From Bugula neritina (Eukaryota; Animalia; Bryozoa), in NCBI GenBank assembly GCA_964035545.1, contig OZ037767.1, positions 31,946,628-32,010,627 on the forward strand: a DNA stretch of 64,000 bases. The letters run 5' to 3'. The first letter of the stretch is position 1, and every line of letters begins with the position of its first letter. Under the pieces are notes generated by a model. The model had not been told where the DNA came from. It saw only the letters and a list, made by a program, of their open reading frames with translations, and searched no databases. The position numbers were made by a program, and so were the translations under genes. Shown here one piece after another: positions 25,401 to 37,320 of this stretch.

Positions 25401-28400
25401 GCTATGATCATATTTTGGTTGTTGGCTCACCCCCCCCCCCTACACTCACTCACTGCCCCCTGATCTTCAGCCATCCACCCCACTCAGCTCGAATTAGTCT
25501 TTCTACAGCTATTGTATGGTTTGCTGACACCTCTGGAGTTGCCGATGATAAACAACTCAGTGCATCAGTATTCACCTCCATAAACCCTCCTGAGTGAATA
25601 ATGTAGTGTAACCATACTAATATACTCTGTTACAGTAGCAGAGAGCCTGTGGTCCACAACTCCCCTAGCCCACGTCACGTTGACAATGTAGACAGAGAGG
25701 AGAGGGCGTTACCAGCTCCCAAGCAATCGTGAGTTTTGATACAAGTTTTGCTGTAGATATTGCCTGTACTATTCTACTCTATATTAATGTTTTGAGGTGA
25801 TAATTGTGTATTGCTATTCTAGGCAGTAAACGGTGTACCAGTCCTGTATTTCTGTGTGTGTGTGGGGAGGGGAGAGGGGTGTGTTTGGAAGGGGGGAGAG
25901 GGGTGTGTGTGGAGGGGAGGAGAGGGGGGTGTGTGTGGAGGGGAGGGGAGAGGGGTGTGTGTGGAGGGGAGAGGAGAGTGGTATGTTTGGAGGGGGAGAG
26001 GGGTGTGTGTGGAGGGGAGAGGGGTGTGTTTGGAGGGGGAGAGGGGTGTGTGTGGAGGGGAGAGGGGTGTGTGTGGAGGGGAGGGGAAGAGAGGGTGTGT
26101 GTGGAGGGGGAGGGGAAGAGGGGTGTGTGTGGAGGGGGAGAGAGGGGTGTGTGTGGAGGGGGAGAGAGGGGTGTGGTCATCGCACAATGGTTAAGGATGT
26201 CAACCAAGTTCTGAGATTTGAATCTAACATATTTTTTTGAGTTTCGTATTCATTGTTGATATGACAAGACGTCTGCTGGTTTTACAATGACTTCTAAACT
26301 GTACCATTTATAGATACAATCCACCAGCAGATGATGAGCTGGAGAGTACAGCTGGTGGACAAACAGACAGATCTGAAGTTGCCGGGAGCACAATGTCGGA
26401 GAAAGATCTACGGGAAGCTGCTTCTGTGATAGACATATTTGGTTTACCTCTGGTAGGCTGATTGACATCATTGTAGCTAATAAATCTCTTCTGTGTTGCA
26501 AATATCACATAGTACCAGGGGTACATGTTTGGTATTGTGATGTTAGTAATATAATCAGTTTGATAAAGTGAGTTACTGAACGAGTTGTGTGAGCGAGTGA
26601 CGGTGAGTGAGTGACAGTGAAGGAGTGACAGTGAAGGAGTTAGATATCTAGTCTGGTAACTCTGTCTCTCAGGTGCAGAAAGTTTACGCCAGGAATTGGG
26701 GCAGCAAAGAGGAAAGTATGACGGATCTGATAGAGCAACTCTCGTCATTCAGCGGAGAAAAAGAGGAAGCCAAGGCTATGATGAAGGCCGCCACATTCCT
26801 CATACAAAAACTGCTCAAGGACTCAGTCTATCTCGTTTTCAAAGCTACAATCGGCGCTCTCAAATATCTGCTGACAGAATTTGTACCCAAACACAGGTGA
26901 GTCATCCATGTCAAAGTCGTATTCATCAGGTCAAGGTCAAGTGTGCTTATAGTCCTTGTAGTCTGCTTATACAGTGTAAATATAGCTGCTGCCTGCTGTG
27001 TGTATTTTTTGTGAGTGTACAGCTAATATTGTTGATGGCAATCCTCAGGTGCAAATGAAATGATGCCTACCCCCCCCCCCCCTATTACTAAACAGTATAC
27101 AGCCTACCTCCCCCTCTACCTCTCCCCACTCTAGACAGTACACAGCCTACCTCCCCCCACTCTAGACAGTAGACACTGTAACAGCTGATATATTGTGTCT
27201 GTATTATATGGTGTGCTTTAGGATACCCAAACATGATATTCACTACGCCTGTGAGAAAACCTTACCTGGGATAATGCACAAGACAGGTGATACTGTAAGT
27301 ATGTTAACATGTTATTGTATGACCCTATCTAGGTCTTAGCTACTGTATTCTATCTTCTATCTGATCTAGTAAATATGTGTAATATATACTAGCTGATATA
27401 TAGTAATATATACTGGCTGATAGAGTAATATATACTAGCTGATAGAGTAATATATACTAGCTGATAGAGTAATATATACTAGCTGATAGAGTAATATATA
27501 CTAGCTGATATAGTAATATATACTAGCTGATAGAGTAATATATACTAGCTGATATAGTAATATATACTAGCTGATATAGTAATATATACCAGTTGATATA
27601 GTAATATATACTAGCTGATATATAGTAATATATACTAGCTGATATAGTAATATATACTAACTGATATAGTAATATATACTAGCTGATATAGTAATATATA
27701 CTAACTGATATAGTAATATATACTAGCTGATATATAGTAATATATACTAGGCTGATATATAGTAATATATACTAGCTGATATAGTAATATATACCAGCTG
27801 ATATAGTAATATATACTAGCTGATATATAGTAATATATACTAGCTGATATGTGTATCGCTGACTGTGCCCTGGTAATATTTAGGCTGCCAGAACAAGAAC
27901 AGATGCGAAGGCACAGATTATTGAGATGTCTCAGTATCCGGAGTTGAGTGTAAGTAGTATTAGTACTGTATGGGTACACATTGACAGTAAGTAGTCTTAG
28001 TACTGTATGGGTACACATTGACAGTAAGTAGTATTAGTGCTGCTGGTTGTGTACAAGATTTATCAACTACTTGTGTTTTCCAGGGACCTAAGGTGAGTAA
28101 ATGTTTTTGAATGTCCATGTGTTTACAGTATTTAGTGTGCACACTTAGGTGATAAGCATAGGCTTATTAACTCTGTTAGATGTGCTTATATGACATAGAT
28201 GTAGTGGTTGATATACATACTAGATGTAATTACATGCTTGTAGTGCATGTAAGGAATAGATTGTGCTTACTCGATGTAGATGTAGCTTATAGTATATGCT
28301 TCTAGTATATGCTTAAAGTATATGCTTATAGTATATGCTTATAGTATATGCTTATAGTATATGCTTATAGTATATGCTTATAGTATATGCTTATAGTATA

Positions 28401-31400
28401 TGCTTATAGTATATGCTTATAGCCTTGTACCAGTGAGATTTGGCATCCTAGTGCAGTTTGTATAACATGTAGTTGGCACCCTCAGAGTTATCTCCTCATT
28501 CCCCATTATCTTCTCTGTAATATCCTGTGCCATCTCATCTCATACGTCTGTATTCATACGCCTGTATTCATACGCCTGTATTCATACGCCTGTATTCATA
28601 CGCCTGTATTCATCGTCTGTATTCATACGTCTGTATTCATACGCCTGTATTCATACGTCTGTATTCATACGTCTGTGTTTATACGTCTGTATTCATACGT
28701 CTGTATTCATACGTCTGTGTTTATACGTCTGTATTCATACGTCTGTATTCATACGTCTGTGTATTGTTTTGTCTCATCCATATATAATAATGAGTCTGAA
28801 AGTTGAACAACTCCTAAACTAACAAACTCTTTTAATACCTCCTATCTGCTGGCAGTTTATTAGTATGATAGACTAGCACTAGTCCTGTTGTATGCAGGCA
28901 GTTGTTATACATAGAAACAAGGTGATGTGCATCTACCTGCTATATTTTTAGTCAACACATGTAGTCCCTCTCTTCTGTGTTCGGCCATTCAAGTTGAACT
29001 CAGCACCAAGATTGGCACAGAGCCACGTGGAGGTCATAGATGAGCTGTATTCTACCCTACCAGCTAGTGACGGGTATGTCAGTCTATATAATACTGCTAT
29101 ATACTAGTACACTACCAGCTAGTGACGGGTATGTCAGTCTATATAATACTGCTATATACTAGTACACTACCAGCTAGTGACGGGTATGTCAGTCTATATA
29201 ATACAGCTATATACTAGTACACTACCAGCTAGGGATGGGTATGTCAGTCTATATAATACTGCTATATACTTGTACACTACCAGCTAGTGACGGGTATGTC
29301 AGTCTATATAATACTGCTATATACTAGTACACTACCAGCTAGTGACGGGTATGTCAGTCTATATAATACTGCTATATACTAGTACACTACCAGCTAGTGA
29401 CGGGTATGTCAGTCTATATAATACAGCTATATACTAGTACACTACCAGCTAGGGACGGGTATGTCAGTCTATATAATACTGCTATATACTAGTACACTAC
29501 CAGCTAGTGACGGGTATGTCAGTCTATATAATACTGCTATATACTAGTACACTACCAGCTAGTAAAGACTGAATGAAACGAGTTAACATACTTGCAGTGG
29601 GCTCAATGTGGACAACATGATGAAGTTCTGTGTCAACGCCCTCCGCCATCACTCTGGTCAGGTCAGAACCCCCACAGAGAATCTTATCATCAAGTTATAC
29701 AAACAGCACAGGCACGCAGTCAAGAGTTATCTTCCCCCTGATGATGAGAAAACTAGGCGGAATACTCTCTACCGGCAGTTGTTCGAAGCATTTGATGTTA
29801 TAGATGGGAAGCCTAGCAAGAGGGACCTAGAGGTGTGTGTATACCATGTGCTAAAGTATAGTACTATATGATATGATATAATACCGTATAGTATGATGTA
29901 ATACAGTATAGTATGATACACAGTATAGTATGATGTAATACAGTATAGTATGATGTAATACAGTATAGTATGATGTAATACAGTATAGTATGATGTAATA
30001 CAGTATAGTATGATATAATACCGTATAGTATGATGTAATACAGTATAGTATAATATAGTCCTGCATTATTTAAACTCTTCTATTACATTATCCAGATGAA
30101 CTACACATATGTAAGTAGAGGCGTGGTTTGCTCTATATGATCTGTTATATGATTACGTGACTAGTAATATACTTTTCAATATATTATGGTATTTCATTTT
30201 CAACATATTATATGTTCTGCACGTTGACAACTCAGTCACTAAATGATGATTTTACTGAGTACTGTGTACTGGTCATAGTTACTCACTGCACAGTGAGTTG
30301 TATTAGTTATAGTCATAGTATATGCTCTGCTATTTCAATATTATGAATATAGTAATATACAATATTCTGAATATAGTAATATACAATATTTTATACGCTT
30401 TCATAGACTTTATTTGCATCTTCCTATCTATTCATATTCACGGCTGTCAGTACTAGTCGTAGGGTTACTGTCGGTACTAGTCGTAGAGTTACTGTCAGTA
30501 CTAGTCGTAGAGTTACTGTCAGTACTAGTCGTAGAGTTACTGTCAGTACTAGTCGTAGAGTTACTGTCGGTACTAGTCGTAGAGTTACTGTCAGTACTAG
30601 TCGTAGAGTTACTGTCAGTACTAGTCGTAGAGTTACTGTCAGTACTAGTCGTAGAGTTACTGTCAGTACTAGTCGTAGAGTTACTGTCAGTACTAGTCGT
30701 AGGGTTACTGTCAGTACTAGTCGTAGGGTTACTGTCGGTACTAGTCGTAGAGTTACTGTCGGTACTAGTCGTAGAGTTACTGTCAGTACTAGTCGTAGAG
30801 TTACTGTCAGTACTAGTCGTAGAGTTACTGTCAGTACTAGTCGTAGAGTTACTGTCAGTACTAGTCGTAGGGTTACTGTCGGTACTAGTCGTAGAGTTAC
30901 TGTCAGTACTAGTCGTAGAGTTACTGTCAGTACTAGTCGTAGAGTTACTGTTAGTACTAGTCGTAGAGTTACTGGTAGTACTAGTTGTAGGGTTACTGTC
31001 AGTACTAGTCGTAGAGTTACTGTCAGTACTAGTCGTAGAGTTACTGTCAGTACTAGTCGTAGAGTTACTGTCAGTACTAGTCGTAGAGTTACTATCAGTA
31101 CTAGTCGTAGAGTTACTGGTGGCTGATGCCTCCCTCTGCTGACTTTAGAAGCAGCGTCAAACTGAAGAGGCAGCAAAGAAGGCAGAAGTGGAGGAGCTGC
31201 AGCAGCAGATTGCTCAGATGAAAGCTCTCCAGTCCAACATTGGCGGCGGCCAGAAGAAGAATAAGGTGCTCCATAACCTGTAATCTGATTGGCTAGTTAT
31301 CATTTTATTTTCAACTAGCATTAATATAGCCGCTCTGCGGGATTGTTAGTAGTTGTGGCTTCATTTCTTACTCAGCTGTAGAGTTTCAGCTAAGTTAATC

Positions 31401-32731
31401 TAAAAATAGATTTAACTTTAATTTTACTTCAATTACTAAAGAAACAGTTTTTATTGGTTTTCAGAAATCCATAGCCCCTCCCCCTGATGATGATGCAATA
31501 TCCAGTATCACTAAGTTCGACAGGTGAGATGTTACACTATTCCATCAGGTCAATTGGAAGGTTGAACCAACTTTATCAATAGTTGTACCTGCTTACTCTC
31601 CACTACACAGTTGTACAATAATAAAGTATTGTGTGACATGAGTATTATATATAATAAAGTATTGTGGTGTGACATGAGTATTATATATAATAAAGTATTG
31701 TGTGACATGAGTATTATATATAATAAAGTATTGTGTGACATGAGTATTATATATAATAAAGTATTGTGGTGTGACATGAGTATTATATATAATAAAGTAT
31801 TGTGTGACATGAGTATTATATATAATAAAGTATTGTAGTGTGACATGAGTATTATATATAATAAAGTATTGTAGTGTGACATGAGTATTATATATAATAA
31901 AGTATTGTAGTGTGACATGAGTATTTTATTATATATACATACTATATATAATAAAATATAAACATTTCCAGGACGTGCATCTTCTGCAACGAACAGAACG
32001 ACAACTTCACGGATGAGGGACTAGATCTGCACTACTGGAAGAGTTGCCCCATGTTGAAGAGATGCTCCAATTGCAAACAGGTCTGTCTTTCTCTCTTAAT
32101 ACTCTCCCTTCTCCCTCTCAACAATTTCCCCCCCTCTCTCAATACTCTCCACTGTCTATTCTCTCACATAGTAATATTCTCTCATATACAAGTTTCAACT
32201 ACCTTCATATTGAGTTCTATTTGCTGTCAGGTGGTAGAGATAGCTAGTCTGACTGAGCACTTGTTGACTGAGTGCGAGGCTAAAGGAAACTACAGCAAAT
32301 GTCCGAGGTGCACGGAGGCCATCCCCAAACCCGAGTTTGATGAACATGTTAAATCTAAGGCTTGTCCGCGTGAGTGTTTAATAGGTTATAATTTGTATTA
32401 TCTCTACTGATTGGCTACATTGTCTGTATTCTCTCTACTGATTGGCTACACTATCTACATTCTTTATACTGATTGGCTACATTTTCTGTATTCTCTCTTC
32501 CGATTGGCTGCAGCTGCTGACAGTAAGAAAGCTCGCTGCCCACTCTGTCATGAGAACATAGTCTCCGGAGACTCCTCCTGGACGGAGCACCTCATGGGCT
32601 CCTCCCCTGACGCCTGCAAACAGAACCCCAGACGTCTCACTGCTAAGTTCAAGGGCAAACCTAAAGCGGGCAGCAAGGCTGGCCCCGCTACGGGACTGAA
32701 GGGAAAAACAAGTAAACCTGGCAGGAAATGA
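19426..32731 (+). CDS. CEP104: Centrosomal protein of 104 kDa (jelly-roll, coiled coil, TOG, C2HC zinc fingers), about 22 exons
   Basis: N-terminus MPEKVAFHVVHASGQDENFRAAEL...GWSSSRFCLYPQDIVIQL; KARELKSVHVDAVG; SPLDDLAFDMYQD; CIFC...GLDLHYWKSCPMLKRC; LTEHLLTEC; RCPLCHENI. Approximate exons: 19426-19538, 19804-19895, 20123-20204, 20348-20486, 22034-22087, 23992-24130, 24398-24453, 24548-24703, 24801-24934, 25162-25284, 25636-25728, 26314-26451, 26673-26896, 27222-27294, 27884-27949, 28952-29073, 29598-29832, 31149-31265, 31465-31523, 31972-32080, 32231-32369, 32513-32731. Confidence 0.95.
19560..19798. repeat. 24-bp intronic repeat (ACTRATAGAATRGTAATATAATAT) running into the acceptor and carrying a CTRAT branch-point-like motif in each unit
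   Basis: Last unit ACTAATAGAATGGTTACAG| forms the 3' end of CEP104 intron 1. Confidence 0.85.
19914..20113. repeat. About 43-bp intronic minisatellite, about 4.5 copies
   Basis: TATTARTAGAKGTTACGTATATTGTATGAGTATATATTACACG. Confidence 0.88.
20487..21962. repeat. 23-bp minisatellite starting at intron base +1 (GTAAGGTATAGTATACTGAGAGA), about 64 copies
   Basis: AACCAG|GTAAGG donor is the first unit; the array fills about 95% of the intron. Confidence 0.97.
22108..23880 (-). mobile_element. Tc1/mariner DNA transposon, 1773 bp, with degenerate transposase
   Basis: Perfect 27-bp TIRs CAGTGCTGTGAAAAAGTTTAAGGACGC (22108-22134 and 23854-23880), TA on both flanks; minus-strand HTH (GFSIRKISEKVG...RPGSGRPR) and catalytic remnants ISD*STF, EDDNAPCH, WPAQSRDLNPIK. 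Confidence 0.95.
22440..23482 (-). pseudogene. Tc1-family transposase pseudogene
   Basis: Frameshift after about codon 75, in-frame TAA directly after the first catalytic Asp, and NPIE changed to NPIK; the 3' end is approximate. Confidence 0.85.
24168..24368. repeat. About 27-bp TAG/TAC-rich intronic repeat (ACTAGTAGTAGTATTACTCTAGTACY)
   Basis: Directly visible. Confidence 0.88.
25853..26176. repeat. G-rich intronic minisatellite (GGAGGGGGAGAGGGGTGTGTGT), G-quadruplex-prone
   Basis: Many runs of 4-6 G on the sense strand. Confidence 0.9.
27378..27850. repeat. About 22-bp intronic minisatellite (GTAATATATACTAGCTGATATA)
   Basis: Directly visible; ends about 30 nt before the acceptor. Confidence 0.93.
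27950..28038. repeat. 37-bp short tandem array starting at the donor (three GTAAGT copies)
   Basis: |GTAAGTAGTMTTAGTACTGTATGGGTACACATTGACA x2 plus a partial copy. Confidence 0.85.
28285..28422. repeat. 13-bp repeat (AGTATATGCTTAT)n
   Basis: Directly visible. Confidence 0.9.
28540..28760. repeat. 14-bp repeat (CATACGYCTGTATT)n
   Basis: Directly visible. Confidence 0.9.
29057..29563. repeat. 55-bp minisatellite copying 17 nt of exon plus the donor, 9 copies
   Basis: CTACCAGCTAGTGACGG|GTATGTCAGTCTATATAATACTGCTATATACTAGTACA. Confidence 0.96.
29856..30058. repeat. 20-bp repeat (CAGTATAGTATGATGTAATA)n
   Basis: Directly visible. Confidence 0.9.
30444..31119. repeat. 24-bp intronic minisatellite (CTGTCAGTACTAGTCGTAGAGTTA), about 28 copies
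   Basis: Directly visible; produces spurious LLSVLVVE ORFs; ends about 30 nt before the acceptor. Confidence 0.96.
31617..31925. repeat. 36/39-bp intronic minisatellite (AATAAAGTATTGT[RGT]GTGACATGAGTATTATATAT), about 8 copies
   Basis: Directly visible; each unit carries AATAAA on the sense strand. Confidence 0.92.
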
Positions 32732-32817
32732 AGCAACTCCATCTTTCACCAGTCTTCTTGTTCCATCTTTAAATAACAATCTGGTTCATTTGCTTTCATC
32801 TTGCGATATTCAGATAT

Positions 32818-32910
32818 GTAGTCACATGACCAGACTAGAGCTTACGTGACCAGGCTAGTAGTCACATGACCAGACTAGTAGTCACATGACTAGGCCAGTA
32901 GTCACATGAC
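32818..32910. repeat. 20-bp repeat with the near-palindrome GTCACATGAC, in the CEP104 3' UTR, 5 copies
   Basis: Directly visible. Confidence 0.8.
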
Positions 32911-33756
32911 AAGAATTTTGAGTCATTTAATCAATATATAGTGTGTCGGTGCACATTTGGAGTTGAGTTGCCATACTCAACAGCTCTCTAAGTTATAACT
33001 ATACTGGTTTGGTGAGTGACAACTTGTCAATATCTCCTTATTGCACTTAACAACTCTTCCATTTGTTAGCTTTATATTCTGTAAATAACTGTATGCTTGT
33101 CTGTTTGAGTGTATTATTATATAATAATTTATACATAGAGTTCGTTATTTAATTCTTCTATTTATTGTGAAAAGTTTGCTGTGATATTGATTACTGTTTT
33201 ATATACTGCTACTCGGTTAGTTACTTAATAAAACTTAGATGATGTAGAGTACGCCAACTTGTTTATAACTCAGAGATGATAATGAAACCCACTGACAATC
33301 TGTCATATATTCTAGTGTGACTGTATACTGGACAGCTAGGCTGTACACAACAACTTGCAACTTTTCATTGCTGCCAGGCTCACGGCAGCGACTACAGCAC
33401 ACATGCCATACTTGAGTAGTTAAATTGTGATGCAGAACCGTGTTTCTAGTATGCTCCATATTGCTGACTATGTTATTTTCTAGTAAAACAAGACTCAGTT
33501 CTCATGATCAGTGTATATCCCACCACAATGTGTGTAATACAATATGAGATACAGTAATTATAATAAACTAGTGATATGGAAGAGAAACCTTCTGTAGACT
33601 GTACTACACACCAACTACTCAATGAAGATGGTGCTACGCTAAACCAATCTTTAGAGCAAGCACTCATTGTAATTGTATGTCACATGTAAGCAGTTAGTCT
33701 CAAGTTGTCTCAAGATGCTTTGATACTCTGTCACCTCTTTACATTAGAAACGCAGT

Positions 33757-34634
33757 ATGAAAGGACTAATTCCTCTTGCTGTTATCTTTCTAGTCGGTAA
33801 GTGTACTATATGATATACTTGTATCGGAAAGGTTCAGTCTACATGTTCTGTTACTTATGCTGCTGTAATGACCTTAACCTTTGCTGTAATGAAATATTAG
33901 CGATACTTGTGAATTCTGCACCTTGCGAGTCTTGATTCTGTTATCTACACTGCATAAATTGGGTTAAGAGTTATATTATATTATATGCTTCACTACTGAC
34001 TACAGGTAGTTTTGGTAGAGGTGGAGCTGGTGGTGAATATCAAAAGCTGCTCTGTGCACAGTCGAGGGTTTCACCCAACCCGTTACAGAGTGCGGTTATC
34101 CAGTGCCCGTCCCGACATGGGATACTCAATATAACACAGCTAAGTGTCACGTACACTGGCCTAGACGCTACCTGTGGGAGTACAGCAATGAGTGGATGTG
34201 ATTGGTCAAATCTAACAAGAAGTGATGCATTCTTCACTTCTCTTCTATATAAATGCAATAACCTAGTACAATGCGTAATAAATAGCTCAGAATTGTTTTC
34301 CCTTGGTGACTACAAGCCGTGTGGAATAAACAGAGAACCACGAAGAGATACTGTGCGCATTTGGTTTGCTTGCACAACTAATCAAAGCTCTCCATTCACG
34401 AATTCTACAAGCACAATAACAGGGGAGACAACTTCTACAGCTTCAATAATGTTTACTAAATCTCAACAGCAAACAGGGCATAAATTTCTCTCAACTGCTG
34501 AGCTCGCCCTCACAATAGTCTGTATCTGTCTGTTTGTCATAGCGGTGTTGCTATTAATTGCTGTAATACTTCGCCTAAAACATCTGAAGGCGCAAGGAAC
34601 AAACGAAAAGCAAGAGCCCAGAACAACCCTTTGA
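33757..34634 (+). CDS. Small type I membrane protein (about 222 aa) with an 8-Cys SUEL/galactose-rhamnose-lectin-like domain
   Basis: Exon 33757-33796 (signal peptide MKGLIPLAVIFLV) joins 34006-34634 in frame; 8 Cys ending KCNNLVQCVINSSELFSLGDYKPCG...VRIWFAC, then an S/T stalk, TM helix and short basic tail. Confidence 0.72.
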
Positions 34635-35049
34635 GAATTTATGCTACTGTATTGCTACAAAGGAGTCATTCTTTCTTACATAACATAGCCATTGAGTTAA
34701 AGTTAATGTGGATATAACAACTTCTTTGTACAGTCCAAAATATTGTTCTAGAAGAAAGATTTGGTTTCCAACAAACCTGAAAGACATTACTTAACACGTG
34801 ACAAGTGAAATGAAGTATGAATACAGATGATGTACTCTCATCGGTTAATTTGAATTCAGTCTGTAAACACATTGATTCTATTTATAGTTGCAATAAAATG
34901 TTGTGTATCACTTCACAACATTGCTGTAGAGAGTATACAAAACATTGTATAGCGTTTGAGTTTTAATTCATTTAATAAATTAAAATTATTGAGCAAAGAT
35001 GGATTAACTTTAATGTGCAAACAAGTTTTCTGTTTAAAATAAAATAAAA

Positions 35050-37320
35050 TTATTCTGTGTCACTGCTAGTTGTATCTGAGTAGTTACATAAGGGCATAAC
35101 TCCCGCAGTTGCAGTGTCCTTCTGTTTTAGCTTAGCCTGCACTTTGCTATTTAAAGTGTCACCAGTTTGGGGGCCTGGTAGACCACCCTGACTAGGATGA
35201 TCTAAGTAATCTGCACTTAGCATAGGTTCAATAGACTTTCTCTTTACTTTCACAACGCCAGATAGAGGGGCGCTATCACTACGCAGTGTCAAATTAGCTT
35301 TAGCTAATGTAGATTTATAGGCTAAAGCTTTTAGTTGTTTTAATTTAGTGTCTTTACAAGTAGCTAAAGATGAGTGGGAGTTGTTTACTCCCAGATGTTG
35401 AGTAAACAGACTCTCCTTTTCAATGTTTCTTCTTTTCTCTATTTGCCTTTCTTCAAACGACTCTACAGAGAAAGCAACATGCACAGCTCCTTATAGTCTT
35501 GGTACAGATTATACTCAGCAGTGCATGTAAACAAACACATTGCTGAAATTTAACTGTAGATTATGAATAAAGTATTTTCCAAAATTTAGTAGCATATCAA
35601 CATGATGAACTGCTTATTAGCAGAGAGAGATAGACAAAAGAAACAATTCTTTTCTTAGCCCAAGGCCTTCTTACAAGCTGATTATGTTAAATGCATCTTT
35701 AGTGTTACTCCTAGTGATAAGAAACACTGTGACTAGAAACACTGCCAACAATAACCAACATTAACACCAACATAGCTAAATACTAACACAACTGTAAATA
35801 AATAGTAAGTGTGAATACATAGTAGATAGAAGTAAATAGTAAGTAGAATAAATAGTAAGTATGGCCAAATAGTAAGTAGAAGTAAATAGTAATTAGAATA
35901 AATAGTAAGTATGGACAAATAGTAAGTAGAAGTAAATAGTAATTAGAATAAATAGTAAGTAGAATAAAGAGTAAATACAAAAGATGTGATACTTACTCCC
36001 ATCGTCGCTGTCTTGATATTTAAAGAGTGAAGCGAGTTTACAATCGGCAGAACTCTCTGGTAAAAGAGGAATATCTAAAGACGATTTCGCTAGTAACATT
36101 TTATCCGTATCAGATGAACTTTTCAATTCCTTCTTCTCTGCTCGAAACTATGCAAGTGAAAAATGGAATATTTGTATTAAACTGCTAGAGAAGATAACTC
36201 TCAATTGTGGTGTATATTGCACATGACAGGAAAACTATACTTGTAATTGTACTGTAAACTGTTTTAGTAAAGTACCCTGGAGAAGAGAATATATAAGAAG
36301 AATTTAAATGAAATTCGCATACCTAATGTGCTTGAAACAATTCAAAATAAATACAAAGCATATAATAATAATAACCTTCTATTATTATCAACACAAACCT
36401 TATTTCTAGCAATCTTGTTGATTATATAATCATCTTTCCACTTCTCCTGGTGCTTTTCAAGTCGCTCCATGGTAGGCAACGTGTCTGTCTGTTTCTGCAC
36501 GTCATCTGTCTTGTGCTCCAACGCAAACATGGGGTCATTTTCCAGCTTGCGATGTGTTTCTCTCATCTCAGGCACAACCTGACACACAAATATGAATAGA
36601 TTATAAACAATATGGGGTTTGAGACAACCGGTACGTATCTAGCAGGTCATATTACGTTGTAGTTATGTATCTAGCAGGTCATATTACGTTGTAGTTATGT
36701 TAACTGGAACAGATACAAGTCTAAGGATCTCAATGAAGACTCTCAAAGCATCAAAATGTTTACTGCAGGAAGCAGATATAGAAAAGAAGAGAACGTAAAA
36801 AGATGGGAAGAGGAGCCAGGGGTGGAAAGCAGGGGGAGAAAACAAGAAGAGAAGCCAAGGGTGGAGAGCAGGGGGCAGAGAGAAGAGAAGCCAGGGGTGG
36901 AGAGCGGGGTGCAGAGAGATTTAAACTCACCTGCTCATTTTGTGTGGCATCCCAGCGCTGCTCCTTCCGTCTGGCGCCGGAGAGAATGACGTAGTCCTGA
37001 TTCTGAGGATCTGTCTTGATCTCAAAATGCTGGTCACACATGGCGCACTTCATACGGAACTTGTAGATAGGCGTGGAGTAGTAATAGCCAATCTTTGACT
37101 TCTCAGCATTGTACCGGACACCCATGCCAATAGGTTTCTTGCAGCCTTCACACCAAATATTGTACGGCATTTCAAATCTAATGATGAGAATCCCTTCAGA
37201 CTTGAGTTTCTTAGCTCTCTCTCGCAGAGGGTGGCTTCCATGATACCCATCCAGAGATCGATGTTTGGATGGATCAAAGTCCGGAGGGTAATACTTGTTC
37301 TGACCCTTCCTCTCACCCAT
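35050..37320 (-). CDS. YJU2B: Probable splicing factor YJU2B (CCDC130)
   Basis: MGERKGQNKYYPPDFDP...HPLRERAKKL...IIRFEMPYNIWCEGC...GMGVRYNAEK...DPMFALEH; approximate exons 37320-36932, 36580-36399, 36148-35997, 35465-35050. Confidence 0.95.
35795..35975. repeat. Degenerate A-rich intronic repeat (AAATAGTAAGTAGAAT)
   Basis: Directly visible. Confidence 0.75.

Noticed and set aside
30414-31176. Hydrophobic (LLSVLVVE)n ORF and its antisense ORF
   Set aside because: A 24-bp intronic repeat; the flanking CEP104 exons join in frame without it.
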